64,000 bases of DNA from Oikopleura dioica. Lineage: Eukaryota; Animalia; Chordata. Position numbers and translations under genes: made by a program. The notes under the pieces are model-generated. The model searched no databases, was not told the origin of the DNA, and saw nothing but the letters and a program-made list of their open reading frames with translations. The stretch lies in NCBI GenBank assembly GCA_907165135.1, contig OU015566.1, positions 1,302,001-1,366,000 of the forward strand. Reading direction: 5' to 3'. Each line of letters begins with the position of its first letter. Positions within the stretch are counted from its first letter, which is position 1. Positions 47,196 to 57,656 of this stretch are shown in pieces.

Positions 47196-47569
47196 CTCTA
47201 AGTAGCTTCTTGGACGATAAAGAATTCTAGCGGTGGAAAAAAACGTGATTGAAACTGTGAGAAAAATATCGCTGGAATTTCGGCTCGTAATATTACTTTC
47301 TAGCTCGATTTCGTAACAGTTCAATTTTCAGGCTTTTTTATTAAAATTTTTCATTTTCATAGTTTGCTGATTGTTCAATTTTCACTCAAAAATGAGTGTG
47401 AAAATCTGGCCCAATAGAACGCAGGTTTTAGCGATTCGGATTAGTCCTTCAAAACACAAAACATAACCAAATTCGCTAATTTTTAAGCTTCCGTTTCTAA
47501 AATAGAAAAGAGCATTGACCGAGAATCGTTTATTTTCAACAAAGATGAGAAGTGAGAAATAGTCAGTTT

Positions 47570-50500
47570 TTAATGGTCATCTTTGGTTATTGCGCAACAA
47601 GCAAGACGAGCGCCAGCTGCACCTGTTGAAGCTTTTTGGGTTTAGCAAAGATATATATTCAGAATTTTCAAAATTCAAAGAAAAGAAAAGTTTTTGATTG
47701 ATTTTTCGAACCCTGGCCTGGATCGCGGTCGGGATTTCCATCATCAGGCGCGGCATGGAGGACGATGCCCCGGTCGCCGATGAAAACTGGACTTTCTTCG
47801 TCTAGAGAAAGTATCTTTTTGATGATTTTTTTGCCATATAATACAGAGTTGCAAATTTTGATTAATTTTTCTGAGCTGAGCTGGCCTATTTTGGAGGTCA
47901 TTGAGCTGAGCTGAGCTAAGCTGGTCTTTTTCAGAGGTCATTGAGCGGAGCTGAGCTGAACAGACCATTTTTAGGAGAGTTGAGCTGAGCGGACCATAAT
48001 TAGAGCTGAGCTGATTGAGCTGAGCTGAGCTGTTTTTTTACTATTTTTTGGGAGTAAACTTGTATTAAAATCATTGAGCTGAGCTGAGCTGAGCTAAGCG
48101 ATAATTGTCTGAGCTGAGCTGAGCAGAATAGATCATGTTCAAAAAAAATTGAGCTGAGCTGAGCTGAGTGAAAGCTGTCTGAGCTGAGCTGAGCAGATCA
48201 GATCATTTTCCAAAATTACTGAGCTGAGCTGAGCTAAGCCACTGTTCAACTCACTCAGCCAGCTCAGCTCACTCAGCTCAGCGAATTTGCAACTCTGATA
48301 TAATATAATATAATTTTTGTTCAACCAAGAACAAGATGGTCATTTCTAGGGCTATTTCTAGAGCACGAATCTAAAAATAATGTCTGCACGGCTTGAACCA
48401 TTTCCTGATCAAAAATATCAATCGTCGCTGCGCCAGCATCAACCAAAATGTTTCCAAGGTCTCCAGCATGTCTAAAAATAAACTGATCCGGATTTTTTCC
48501 GACTACAAATAATGTACCGATCTGGGAGCGCGGCTATTGGAGGCCCATGAATTTGATCGGGATTGGAAGCAAAGTGGCCACCCGTAGCGGCGCATTTGTC
48601 AGATGGATCGCTAGACGAATGGACGTGGAAACCGTGGTCTCCGTCGACAAAAGCAGGGTCAGAGGAGAAAATCGTTCCGTTGATATGAACTCCTCGGAGA
48701 CCATCAATCATGGTTTCTTGCAAATGAATCGTTCCGTTTACTTGAACTTGGCCAGGAACAAAATCGCAGCGGTATCTTGACAAAGCTGGAAAAGCTCCGT
48801 CATCTATAATTTTAGTGAGGCACGTGGCTTTGAAGAAATAAAACAAGGTCAATTTGAAAATTTGTTTTGAGACAGAAATCCTCGACAGAATTTGTGTTTA
48901 TTCTGGCAAGGCTAAAAAACGAAGAATTAATGATCTTGTCATGCAAAAAATGACGTTCCCTGACAACTGTCAATCAAGGACTTCTTGTAGTGGTTTTCCT
49001 ACTGTTTTCGCTTCGAAATATGGGATTCTAGCGCGCGTGGTCGACGTAATTATGCTCAGTGAGCCGTGACGCGCCCAACGCCAAGGCTTTCACTCCATCA
49101 TACCTTGACAGCTCGCCCCTCTCTATTCCAGCGTTGGCGATATGGCCAACGCCGAGTTCATACGACCAAGTCTAAGTCCGTGCCACCGATGGGTGGTGTC
49201 CTACACTATAAAAACGACTGAACCTCTATAATTTTATCATTCTTTTCCCTGACTTCACAGGTATAACATAAAATATAATATATATATTTTACTATTTTCT
49301 GCTCACACCTATCAGGGTTAATAAACATATTCGAGATTGATTCCCGTGTTCCAATTACTTTCAGTATAAAACCACCATATATTTTGGTGACTGAATTAAT
49401 CGGTACGCCCAACAAGAGAGATATAAAAAAGATACAAGAGATAAAACATCCGTAAATTTATCAATGACGATCCGTGAATACATACTTATTTATCATTTTT
49501 TATTCGATAAAACGGGCATTGTTTTGAATCCTTAGGCAATTTTACCCGATTTTCTCGATTAGTATGATAATAAGTTTTACTTCCGGAATAAAGTTGATAT
49601 TTTTTTAATTCGAAAAACGGAATCTCATTGCTCTCAAATCCGAAAATCGAAAAAAAATCACCTCAACCGGAAATCAAACTGATGATCAAATCCCTGAAAA
49701 CGACAACTTAAAATCAATGTGTTCTTCATGATAATTACCAATCAAATGATCGCTTATCTCAGAAGAAATCATCAAGGTCGTCATGTTCCAAATCCTGAAA
49801 GAAGAAATTCAAAGTTCCTTGATTTTAATTATCATTCCGGGAAGACTTTAGATTTGAATTCACATAGAAACTCATTCCAAAGAGGTGCCGAAATTCGTGT
49901 ACGGTTCTGCTATGCAAATGAACCTCGGCCCATGGAACTGGTCAAACGGGAAATAATATTGCTCAATCTTCGAAATATTTCTCAGCGTGCTACAGAATGA
50001 TCTATTCTCATTAACAGAATATAATAGGCGCTAATGATCAATCAAGAGTTTAAAGCTCAAAACATTCACAGCTCTGCTCGAAGCTCGAAAAATCGTCTTT
50101 ATTGCATCTAATGATATAAAAAGAAGATATCAAAAATTATGAGACGAAGAATTAACCAAGAAATGATGAAGAAAAATGACGGACATTTCATCACAAGCGC
50201 AATACAAATTTGGTTTAAAACAATCTTGCTTAATGGACTCCGATATGCTGCTCATCAATTTTGGTTGCAGTAGAACAAGCATCCGCTCAGATGTTCCCGC
50301 TCTTCTACTTGCACCTCTTATCAAGAACCGTCAAATGTGCCACAAAAGTGTGCAAATTTCGACTCACTCATTGAGGCCACACTTCAATCTTCATCACCAA
50401 AGTAAAGCTGAACCTGCTCGTCGTTCAGAACCTCACATGTCCAATAATGTTAACGATCCCTGCTCATCAGATGTAATCAGAACGGAAAAATTGAGACTCT

Positions 50501-53500
50501 GGTAGAAATTATTATCTTACGTATTAACGGAAAGATGATCTATGCTCCAAAAAATGCCTTTCCAAATCTAAGATCTTTAGCTCTTTAAATAGGCAAATTA
50601 ATAAGAGTTGATTTATAAGTGGATCAGAAAGAAGGCTATCTCAGCTCTAAGAAGCTCTTAGATAGAAACTGGACATACAAATTATGGCTACTGCTCGCAA
50701 TGCCTGTCTACTCACGAGAAGTTTTTAACTCAAATATCACAAGCTATCTTTTCTCGTGATCAACTTGTTCTCCAATAATTGCACGTTGACGATTGAAAAC
50801 GATACTTGCACATTGCTCACGCTAGAAATCATTAGCCAGTGCAACTGCTCAGAAGGTTTTTCGTCAATCATGGAAAGAGTCAGAACGATCACCTGCTCGT
50901 GTGATATACGCGTCTGATTACACCGCTCAAAGAACTTCGTCGCTCGCTCATAAGGACAGAATATTCGCTCAATTACCCTTAGAAAATGTCTTCATATATC
51001 AAGTCGATTATGCACAAACTGATTGCAATTAAATATCCATTCACGAAGAAAAATATCGGCGTCATATCAGTCTGATTCGACCGCTCAAACGAAAGACTGC
51101 CTTAAGAACAGAATTTATCAAGGAAGATGACGTGGCCGAATCACAAGGGAAAGTCCTAAAAGACGAAGTTAAGAACAAGTCTAAAGTTAACTCTCATAAA
51201 GATCAACCGCTCCTTGTTGATAGAGATGAGATCATTCCTGCTCAGAAGAATGAAAAGTCAAAAATTAGCTCTCATAAAGATCAACTGCTCCTTGTTGATA
51301 GAGATGAGATCATTCCTGCTCAGAAGAATGAAAAGTCAAAAATTAGCTCTCATAAAGATCAACCGCTCCTTTTTGATAGAGATGAGATCATTCCTGCTCA
51401 GAAGAAAAGAAATTCAAAAATTAGCTCTCATAAAGATCAATCGCTCCTTGTTGATAGAGATAAGATCATTCCTGCTCAGAAGAATGAAAAGATGTTAACG
51501 AGTCATAAAGATCATAAAGAGCCAAGTGATAGAGATGACTCAGCTCACGACAACAATTGGAAAGATCGTCTCCGCTCATGACGATAGTGTTGTCCTGTGA
51601 TAAGCTGCTCGACTAATCCTTATAATGGTCTAGAAGTTTCGCTCATAACTCGACCTGTTCACAGATAGCTGCTCGACTATCTCGCTCTCAAATCGTCACA
51701 TTTTCACGACGTGGTGGTGCTCAGATATGCGTTCCCATTATCTAGCCACCGTTCACTCATATTTGGATTGCTCGCTCACTCTGTAGTCTAAAGACCTGCT
51801 CTCACGACATGCATGTCAAAGGTTTAATTGGTTCCTCACAACTTCGGCGGTTCAATGCACAACTGGAAATTGGCTCACTAGAATATTAACTCCCCCGATC
51901 AAGCTCAAATGGGAATCCAGCTTACTGGTAATGCTCAACCAGACCGTTATTACGAAGTTTACATGCAGGCCTCTGTGGATTTTTGTTCTCATGACCCAGC
52001 TAATGTACTTATTAATTGGCCACACGATAAGTACCTCTTTTCTGAACTTTGGTCCAGCCTTCTGCAGATGTTTGGCAATGGGTGCAGTTGCCAAAATCAC
52101 ACACAGAAAGTCCATTTATGAATAATTAGGCATCTAACTCACAGGTTCCGCTCAAAGCTTTGCTCAATAGCTTTACATATTCTTAAGAATAGGGTTATTA
52201 CTCTTTATCAATTCTAATTCACGCCCTTCTCGTAGGCCATATAAATCCCTATTACAATACTTTCACGAAGTTAACCTTGCTCAAGTAACCTATCGTTCTG
52301 TTCGCAGCAATTTTGCTCTATTGCTCTACTATTTTAATCACATGCCTAAAAGTTTATTGGAAGCAATATCGCTCACTTGCTTCAAAGTTTATCACAAGAG
52401 AGTATTTGTTATTCATATTTGCTTAAATATTCTAATCACAAGCAAATTATTCACAATCTCACAGCTCTGTTCACAGCTTTATATCACTCATAATGTAACA
52501 CTCTCTTCTTGTTGGAACTCGCTCTTAGTTCTATATATAGTCTGTTAAGTTCTACTAGATTACTGGTCCGATAACAGGTACAAATTAACGATCACCTGCT
52601 CGTGATGATCAAATGCTCAATAATTGGCGCTCATTAACGATCTCCTGCTCGTGAAGATCATCCGCTCAAAAATAAAAAGGGGAAAGAAGTAAACAGAAAA
52701 ATACCCATCACAATAGGCCCGATTCACGACTTTGACTACTTATCACTGGTCACAAATGTTCACAAGAAAAGACATCGGAATGACCTCACAACGTCCGGAA
52801 GAAACACTCGATGGCGCATTCTAGCCTTAAAAAAAATGGTTCTGAACGGAGTACTGGTTGGTCCAATACTCATTTTTAAAAGAGAAAAAAATCGAAAATG
52901 ACCTCTCTTCAAAATGATTTCTTCGTGCTCAACGACGCTCCTCCAAAGCGGCTCATTCAACGCTTTATCATTCCTGCTCTCTTTGATGTCACCATTCCAA
53001 TCCACTTCTTACCGAACTCAATTTCAAAAGAAAACTTGCAATCGCTGCTCGACTTTTTGCAAGAATTGAAAAACGAAGCTAAGTCCCTTAAAGATCACTT
53101 TCACTTTGATATCAACCACCTCCAGGAATTGCTTTTTGAAAATCATGACAGTTTGCTCAACTGGATAAGTGAGACAGCAATTCTCTATCAGCTTTTGGTC
53201 GATAAAAACACTCGCATCGAATTGATGAGACAATTTCAAACAATCTATGAAAAACGATATTACACCTCAAGGATCGCTTTCAAATTTCTAGAAGCCGATT
53301 CAAAATCGTTTTCCGACCAGCTCGAATACGCGAGAACTCACATCAAAATTTTCACAAATGATCTTGCTCACAAATACTCGACTTACCGAATCAATCATGC
53401 AGAAACTTCACATTCGGAATCTCTTCAAGTCGTAAACTCCATCCAGCACGACTCTCTACCAGAAAATGTTTTCGACTTCATCGAAAATCACTAAATTTCT

Positions 53501-54688
53501 ACGCTCAACGGACGCTTCGCTTCAAAAATAAAAAGGGGAAAATATGTAGTGGTTTTCCTACTGTTTTCGCTTCGAAATATGGGATTCTAGCGCGCGTGGT
53601 CGACGTAATTATGCTCAGTGAGCCGTGACGCGCCCAACGCCAAGGCTTTCACTCCATCATACCTTGACAGCTCGCCCCTCTCTATTCCAGCGTTGGCGAT
53701 ATGGCCAACGCCGAGTTCATACGACCAAGTCTAAGTCCGTGCCACCGATGGGTGGTGTCCTACACTATAAAAACGACTGAACCTCTATAATTTTATCATT
53801 CTTTTCCCTGACTTCACAGGTATAACATAAAATATAATATATATATTTTACTATTTTCTGCTCACACCTATCAGGGTTAATAAACATATTCGAGATTGAT
53901 TCCCGTGTTCCAATTACTTTCAGTATAAAACCACCATATTCTGTCCTTGTTGAGAGCTTAGTAATTTTAGTAAGAAACTTACTTGGTAGGCAAAGATTTC
54001 GATATGAATCTGGATCTTCAAAAACGCCAGTGCTAGGATCAAAACCAATCAATTTTCCTAACTACATGAATTGACCAACCTCGGATCGCACGATGCTGCC
54101 TGTTTATGGCGTTTTCCATCAGAGCATTTTACGTCGTAAACTATTGACTGATCAACCACCTTTTTCGTTTTCAGAAAACCGCCAGGGATCTATTATTTTG
54201 ACGCTTGTACAATGTAAATGATTGAAATCCAGATTTTACCATTTTGCTTTCAGATTTTCTATCGCATTTGTTTTCAACGCAAAATGGTGTTTTGTCCTCC
54301 TCGTCACGTGGTGGTGAAATTTCGTATCTAAGAAATTTTTCCTCTTCAATCTTCTGTTTTAACCGTTCTTACTTGTTGATCTTGACCTCTCCATTTTTCT
54401 TGCACTTGGCCGTCGCGAAGTATTTGTTGAAAAGCTTTACTCTGCCTTCGCCACAAAGAAATTTGCACCGAATTTTCTTTCCTTTCTGCTTGCAAATCCA
54501 GCCATCTCCACTCTCCGTCGATCCGAATTCGTCAAAATATGAGTCCAACGAACACTTTGGCTTTTGACCCTCAATACCTTCAATCAATTTATTAATTCTA
54601 GAGCTGATAATTTATTATTATAATACGAAGTATATTTTTCGGCATATTTTCTACCCAAAATAATTGGTAAAAAACTCGAGATTTTCAT
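47570..54688 (-). CDS. Secreted Cys-rich-module plus Cu/Zn superoxide dismutase protein, interrupted by the LTR element
   Basis: Signal MKISSFLPIILG at 54688 and Cys-rich exons. SOD motifs HGFHVH, GGHF, IHG, HAGDLGN, VLHA and ARLACC. Joining the two halves is inferred from splice phases. Confidence 0.75.
47844..48297. mobile_element. Non-autonomous hAT-type element with (GCTGA)n repeats, in a SOD intron
   Basis: CAGAGTTG...CAACTCTG termini; perfect 8-bp TSD ATATAATA. Confidence 0.92.
51190..51530 (+). repeat. About 4.5 x 78-bp tandem repeat (26-aa units of ORF 51132-51581) inside the LTR element
   Basis: CTCATAAAGATCAA recurs at 51193, 51271, 51349 and 51427, with a degenerate copy at ~51502. 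Confidence 0.9.
52898..53494 (+). CDS. Intact 198-aa orphan ORF at the 3' end of the LTR element
   Basis: The longest ORF in an otherwise stop-ridden interior; helical, amphipathic composition; lies between two PPT-like tracts. Confidence 0.6.
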   Translation: MTSLQNDFFVLNDAPPKRLIQRFIIPALFDVTIPIHFLPNSISKENLQSLLDFLQELKNEAKSLKDHFHFDINHLQELLFENHDSLLNWISETAILYQLLVDKNTRIELMRQFQTIYEKRYYTSRIAFKFLEADSKSFSDQLEYARTHIKIFTNDLAHKYSTYRINHAETSHSESLQVVNSIQHDSLPENVFDFIENH

Positions 54689-55175
54689 GATTTCGTATCT
54701 CTTGTGACTTGAAATGAACCCCAAACGACCTCTTTCTCGGCAGTTTACGATCATCAGCGGTCATTGTTTAGCTTAAAAGCTTTGTCATAAAAATCATCAT
54801 AATGAAATTTTATTGGGTTAACCAATGTTTATGATGTGGCTCTTCTGCAGACTCAAGTATGGTTGAAATCATGGGAGATTTTGGCGAGAATTTTTATATA
54901 ACTTTTGTTTCAATTTTTGTTCTTTGCAAACTTTTCCGCGAAAGTGCCTTGTCAGTCAAATGCGGGCCGCGATCGGAAACATTAGAAACGCAAGTGGCAT
55001 TCATCTTTGTTGTTGTTTCATAATCAATCTGACCAAAAGTGCTTAGTGATGGGAACCTCGCTAGAAAATCGGCGGTTTCGTGACCTTTTCCGTTTTTCTA
55101 TTTAACCCTCTTTTGCATCAGAAAAGACATCTCACTCAGAGACTCTCGAGGAAAAATAACTACTCCTACAAAAAG

Positions 55176-56530
55176 ATGAAATTGTCAAATACTCTTTTTG
55201 CAGTCGCTCTTGCACAGTATGATTACGACGGATTTGACTATTTAGCGACTTCAACCGGAGATGTTCAAACAACTCCAATTTCAATCGACCCTAATGTAAG
55301 TTTTTTTCTGATATTTTTCTGATATTAAAGAGACGAGTTAGCTAGAATCGATTTTATCGCCGGAAATTGCCAAGAAAACTTGAAAATAGCGCTCAAATCG
55401 CTGATTTACGGCTTCTTTTTAGTCATTGAGCGCGCTCAATTTCGACCTGAGTGAAGACCTAGGCCCCGAATCATCCGAAATCCTCTCCGTTCTCGCATCC
55501 ATCTCCGGAAACGACGCTCCTCAAGGTCCGAGAGGAGGATCACTCGGTCGATCCCAAGGATTTGATCCTCGGCGAGTTCCACCAGGGTTCAACATTTATG
55601 ACTACGTCGTCAATGGACAGCTTGATGTCCAGGCATTTCGAGCTGGTCTTTTGGCGGCGATTCAAGCTCAGAGAGAAGCAGAATTGGCTGAAGAAACAAC
55701 CACTACTGGCACCACAACTACCACTTCAACAACAACTACAACAACAACATCGACAACATCGACAACGACGACGACAACTACTCGAAGCACTACAACTCCT
55801 CCTCCATCGCTTTCCTTCGAAGATCTCCTCAGCCAAGTCGATCTTTCCAACAGCCAAGCCGGCAGTCTACCAGACGCCTTCAATTTCGAGGACGACGCAG
55901 CTGCAGAAAAAGCCTTCGGAAATCGACCAAATATTCTCCCTGAAGCGGCTGAGAAAAACTTCGTCGTTCAAATTCCTCAAACTTACTGCCCAAAATGCGA
56001 TGGCGTCGACTACGCGTCTTGCAGCGCTAGTACTTACGAAGCTTGCAATAATGCTCAGAGGTTCGATAATATAATCAATCTTCGTATTATGAAAATTCTA
56101 GCGCTTGTTTGGTCCAATATCGATATGTAAACGGCGCTCCACTCTACTGGTCCGGCTGCAAGTCTGAACAACCCTGCATTACTCAACAAGACGAAAACTT
56201 CCTCGGCGGCGCTAAAATTCGTAAGCTCTCTTTATCCCATTCTCTTCATAATTTTTTTGAAAGATGACAAATGCAAATCCAATCGATTTCCCTCTCGCTG
56301 GCTGAACGGAGCAGAATGTGCTTTTTGCCTACCAGCTGGTGATCCACTCAGCAACGACTATTTCCAAAGCGGCGGAAATGTTTATAAAACAGCAGTTATC
56401 AGGCTAGGGTTTTACTTTCCTCAGTACAATCCGTCGTTATACAAATTGAAAACCATAAATAAGCGCCGTCCTTTCTGATCCTGAACAATATTTGGACCCC
56501 GCTGCAGGAAGCTATCTCTTCAATCTCTAA
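55176..56530 (+). CDS. Secreted protein with a Thr-rich mucin linker and the same Cys domain as 33233-33749
   Basis: MKLSNTLFAVALAQ; TTTT tract; YCPKC...C...C...SACLVQYRYVNG...GCK...C...NFLGG...C...CAFC. Confidence 0.8.
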
Positions 56531-56775
56531 TGAAAATCCACTGCGAAAGAAACAGCGTAAGATTCTCGGAATCACTTACAATTTTACTGTAACAAAGAAC
56601 TTTTTAATAAAAATACAGCGAGGCAAAAAAAATCTGTCTCATTTCCGTCTGCGATAAATTAACTATACAATGCGGAGAGCGCGCAAATAGTGATAAGCCA
56701 CTTGAAAAAAACTTTTGTCACTTTTTGAGAAAGGTCACGATCAGTTTCTAGCGCTCAAGAATTCAAGAGAAAAAA

Positions 56776-57437
56776 ATGGGGGATCATATCGTTTTCCAGG
56801 ACAAATCTAAGTAAGAACGACAACAGGGCATTCTGAGAAGGTTAAACCCAGCTAACACTAATTCTAGAGAAGCTCGACCAACCCTAGATGCTCTCTTTAA
56901 CGACTCGAAGCTCGACGAAATGGCGCAGCTGATCATGCTCCAGCAGCAAAATCCACCAGAAGCTCAAGAAACTCGCGTCGGATTTTTCTACGAAGACACT
57001 TTTGAAGGGTTCGAATTCATCTTTCTCTTTTTCAAGTGACATTTTTTGCTTAGACCAAAGCCGAATTACATCAAACTGGAGCTGAAATTCAACGACGATC
57101 GAACTGAGTTTACTGGCAGCGGGTTTCATTTTGCGAACAACCAAGCTTTTGAAGTCGTAGAAGGAGCAGTTAATAAAAAGACAAAGTATTGGAAATTCAT
57201 TTGCGCGTATGAAAGTGGAAGAAAAAAGGCCACAGGAAGAAAAGAACTTGTTCAGGTAGAGATCAGAATCGACTTCAAATCACCTTTTGGTATGTTTAGT
57301 TCTGGGGCTGGTCGCATGGAAGAGTCTGGTGCGGCGGATACCACGAGCAGGGCCATGAATATCAAGATAAGAAGCTGCAGGCTTACGCGGAACAAGCTTT
57401 TATTTTCCCTGAACATGAATCTTTCGAATTTCATTGA
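56776..57437 (+). CDS. Hypothetical protein (about 4 exons)
   Basis: Consistent short introns; exons EARPTLDALFND..., PKPNYIKLELKF...ELVQ, FWGWSHGRVW...FEFH*; no family recognised. Confidence 0.5.
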
Positions 57438-57656
57438 ATAAAGTCAAAACCAAAAGAAAGAAAATCTTTATTTTTTTTAGTTCTAGAAAAGAAAATGTCG
57501 ATTCCACGGTTAGCAGTTATTTTTTACTTTTTAAATTGTTGTTTGTGCGTATTGTTTTGAACAGTTGAGGAAGCTTGAAGATGCAGAATTGAGAGAGAAA
57601 GAGTTCAGGAATAATTTATAAACAAGCCTAATAATAATCATTATCTTTCAAAATAA

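Larger units (their letters stand above)
48986..53938 (+). mobile_element. Non-autonomous LTR retroelement, 4,953 bp
   Basis: 394-bp LTRs at 48986-49379 and 53545-53938 that look identical by eye; TG...TA termini; 4-bp TSD TTCT; PBS-like TGGTGAC at 49385; PPT AAAATAAAAAGGGGAAA before the 3' LTR; no RT/RNaseH/IN ORF seen. Confidence 0.92.

Noticed and set aside
48975-48995. Splice rescue of the LTR insertion using the AGs at the LTR/TSD boundary
   Set aside because: Both candidate acceptors put the downstream exon out of frame and reach a stop within three to four codons.
51850-52550. Possible env remnant in the LTR element
   Set aside because: There are scattered Cys and hydrophobic fragments only, with no continuous frame or recognisable motif. 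A profile search is needed.
53939-54066. Extending the 3' LTR to ...ACTACA to obtain a canonical CA end
   Set aside because: This segment is absent from the 5' LTR, gives no TSD, and reads as host exon and intron on the minus strand. The TTCT TSD fixes the end at 53938.
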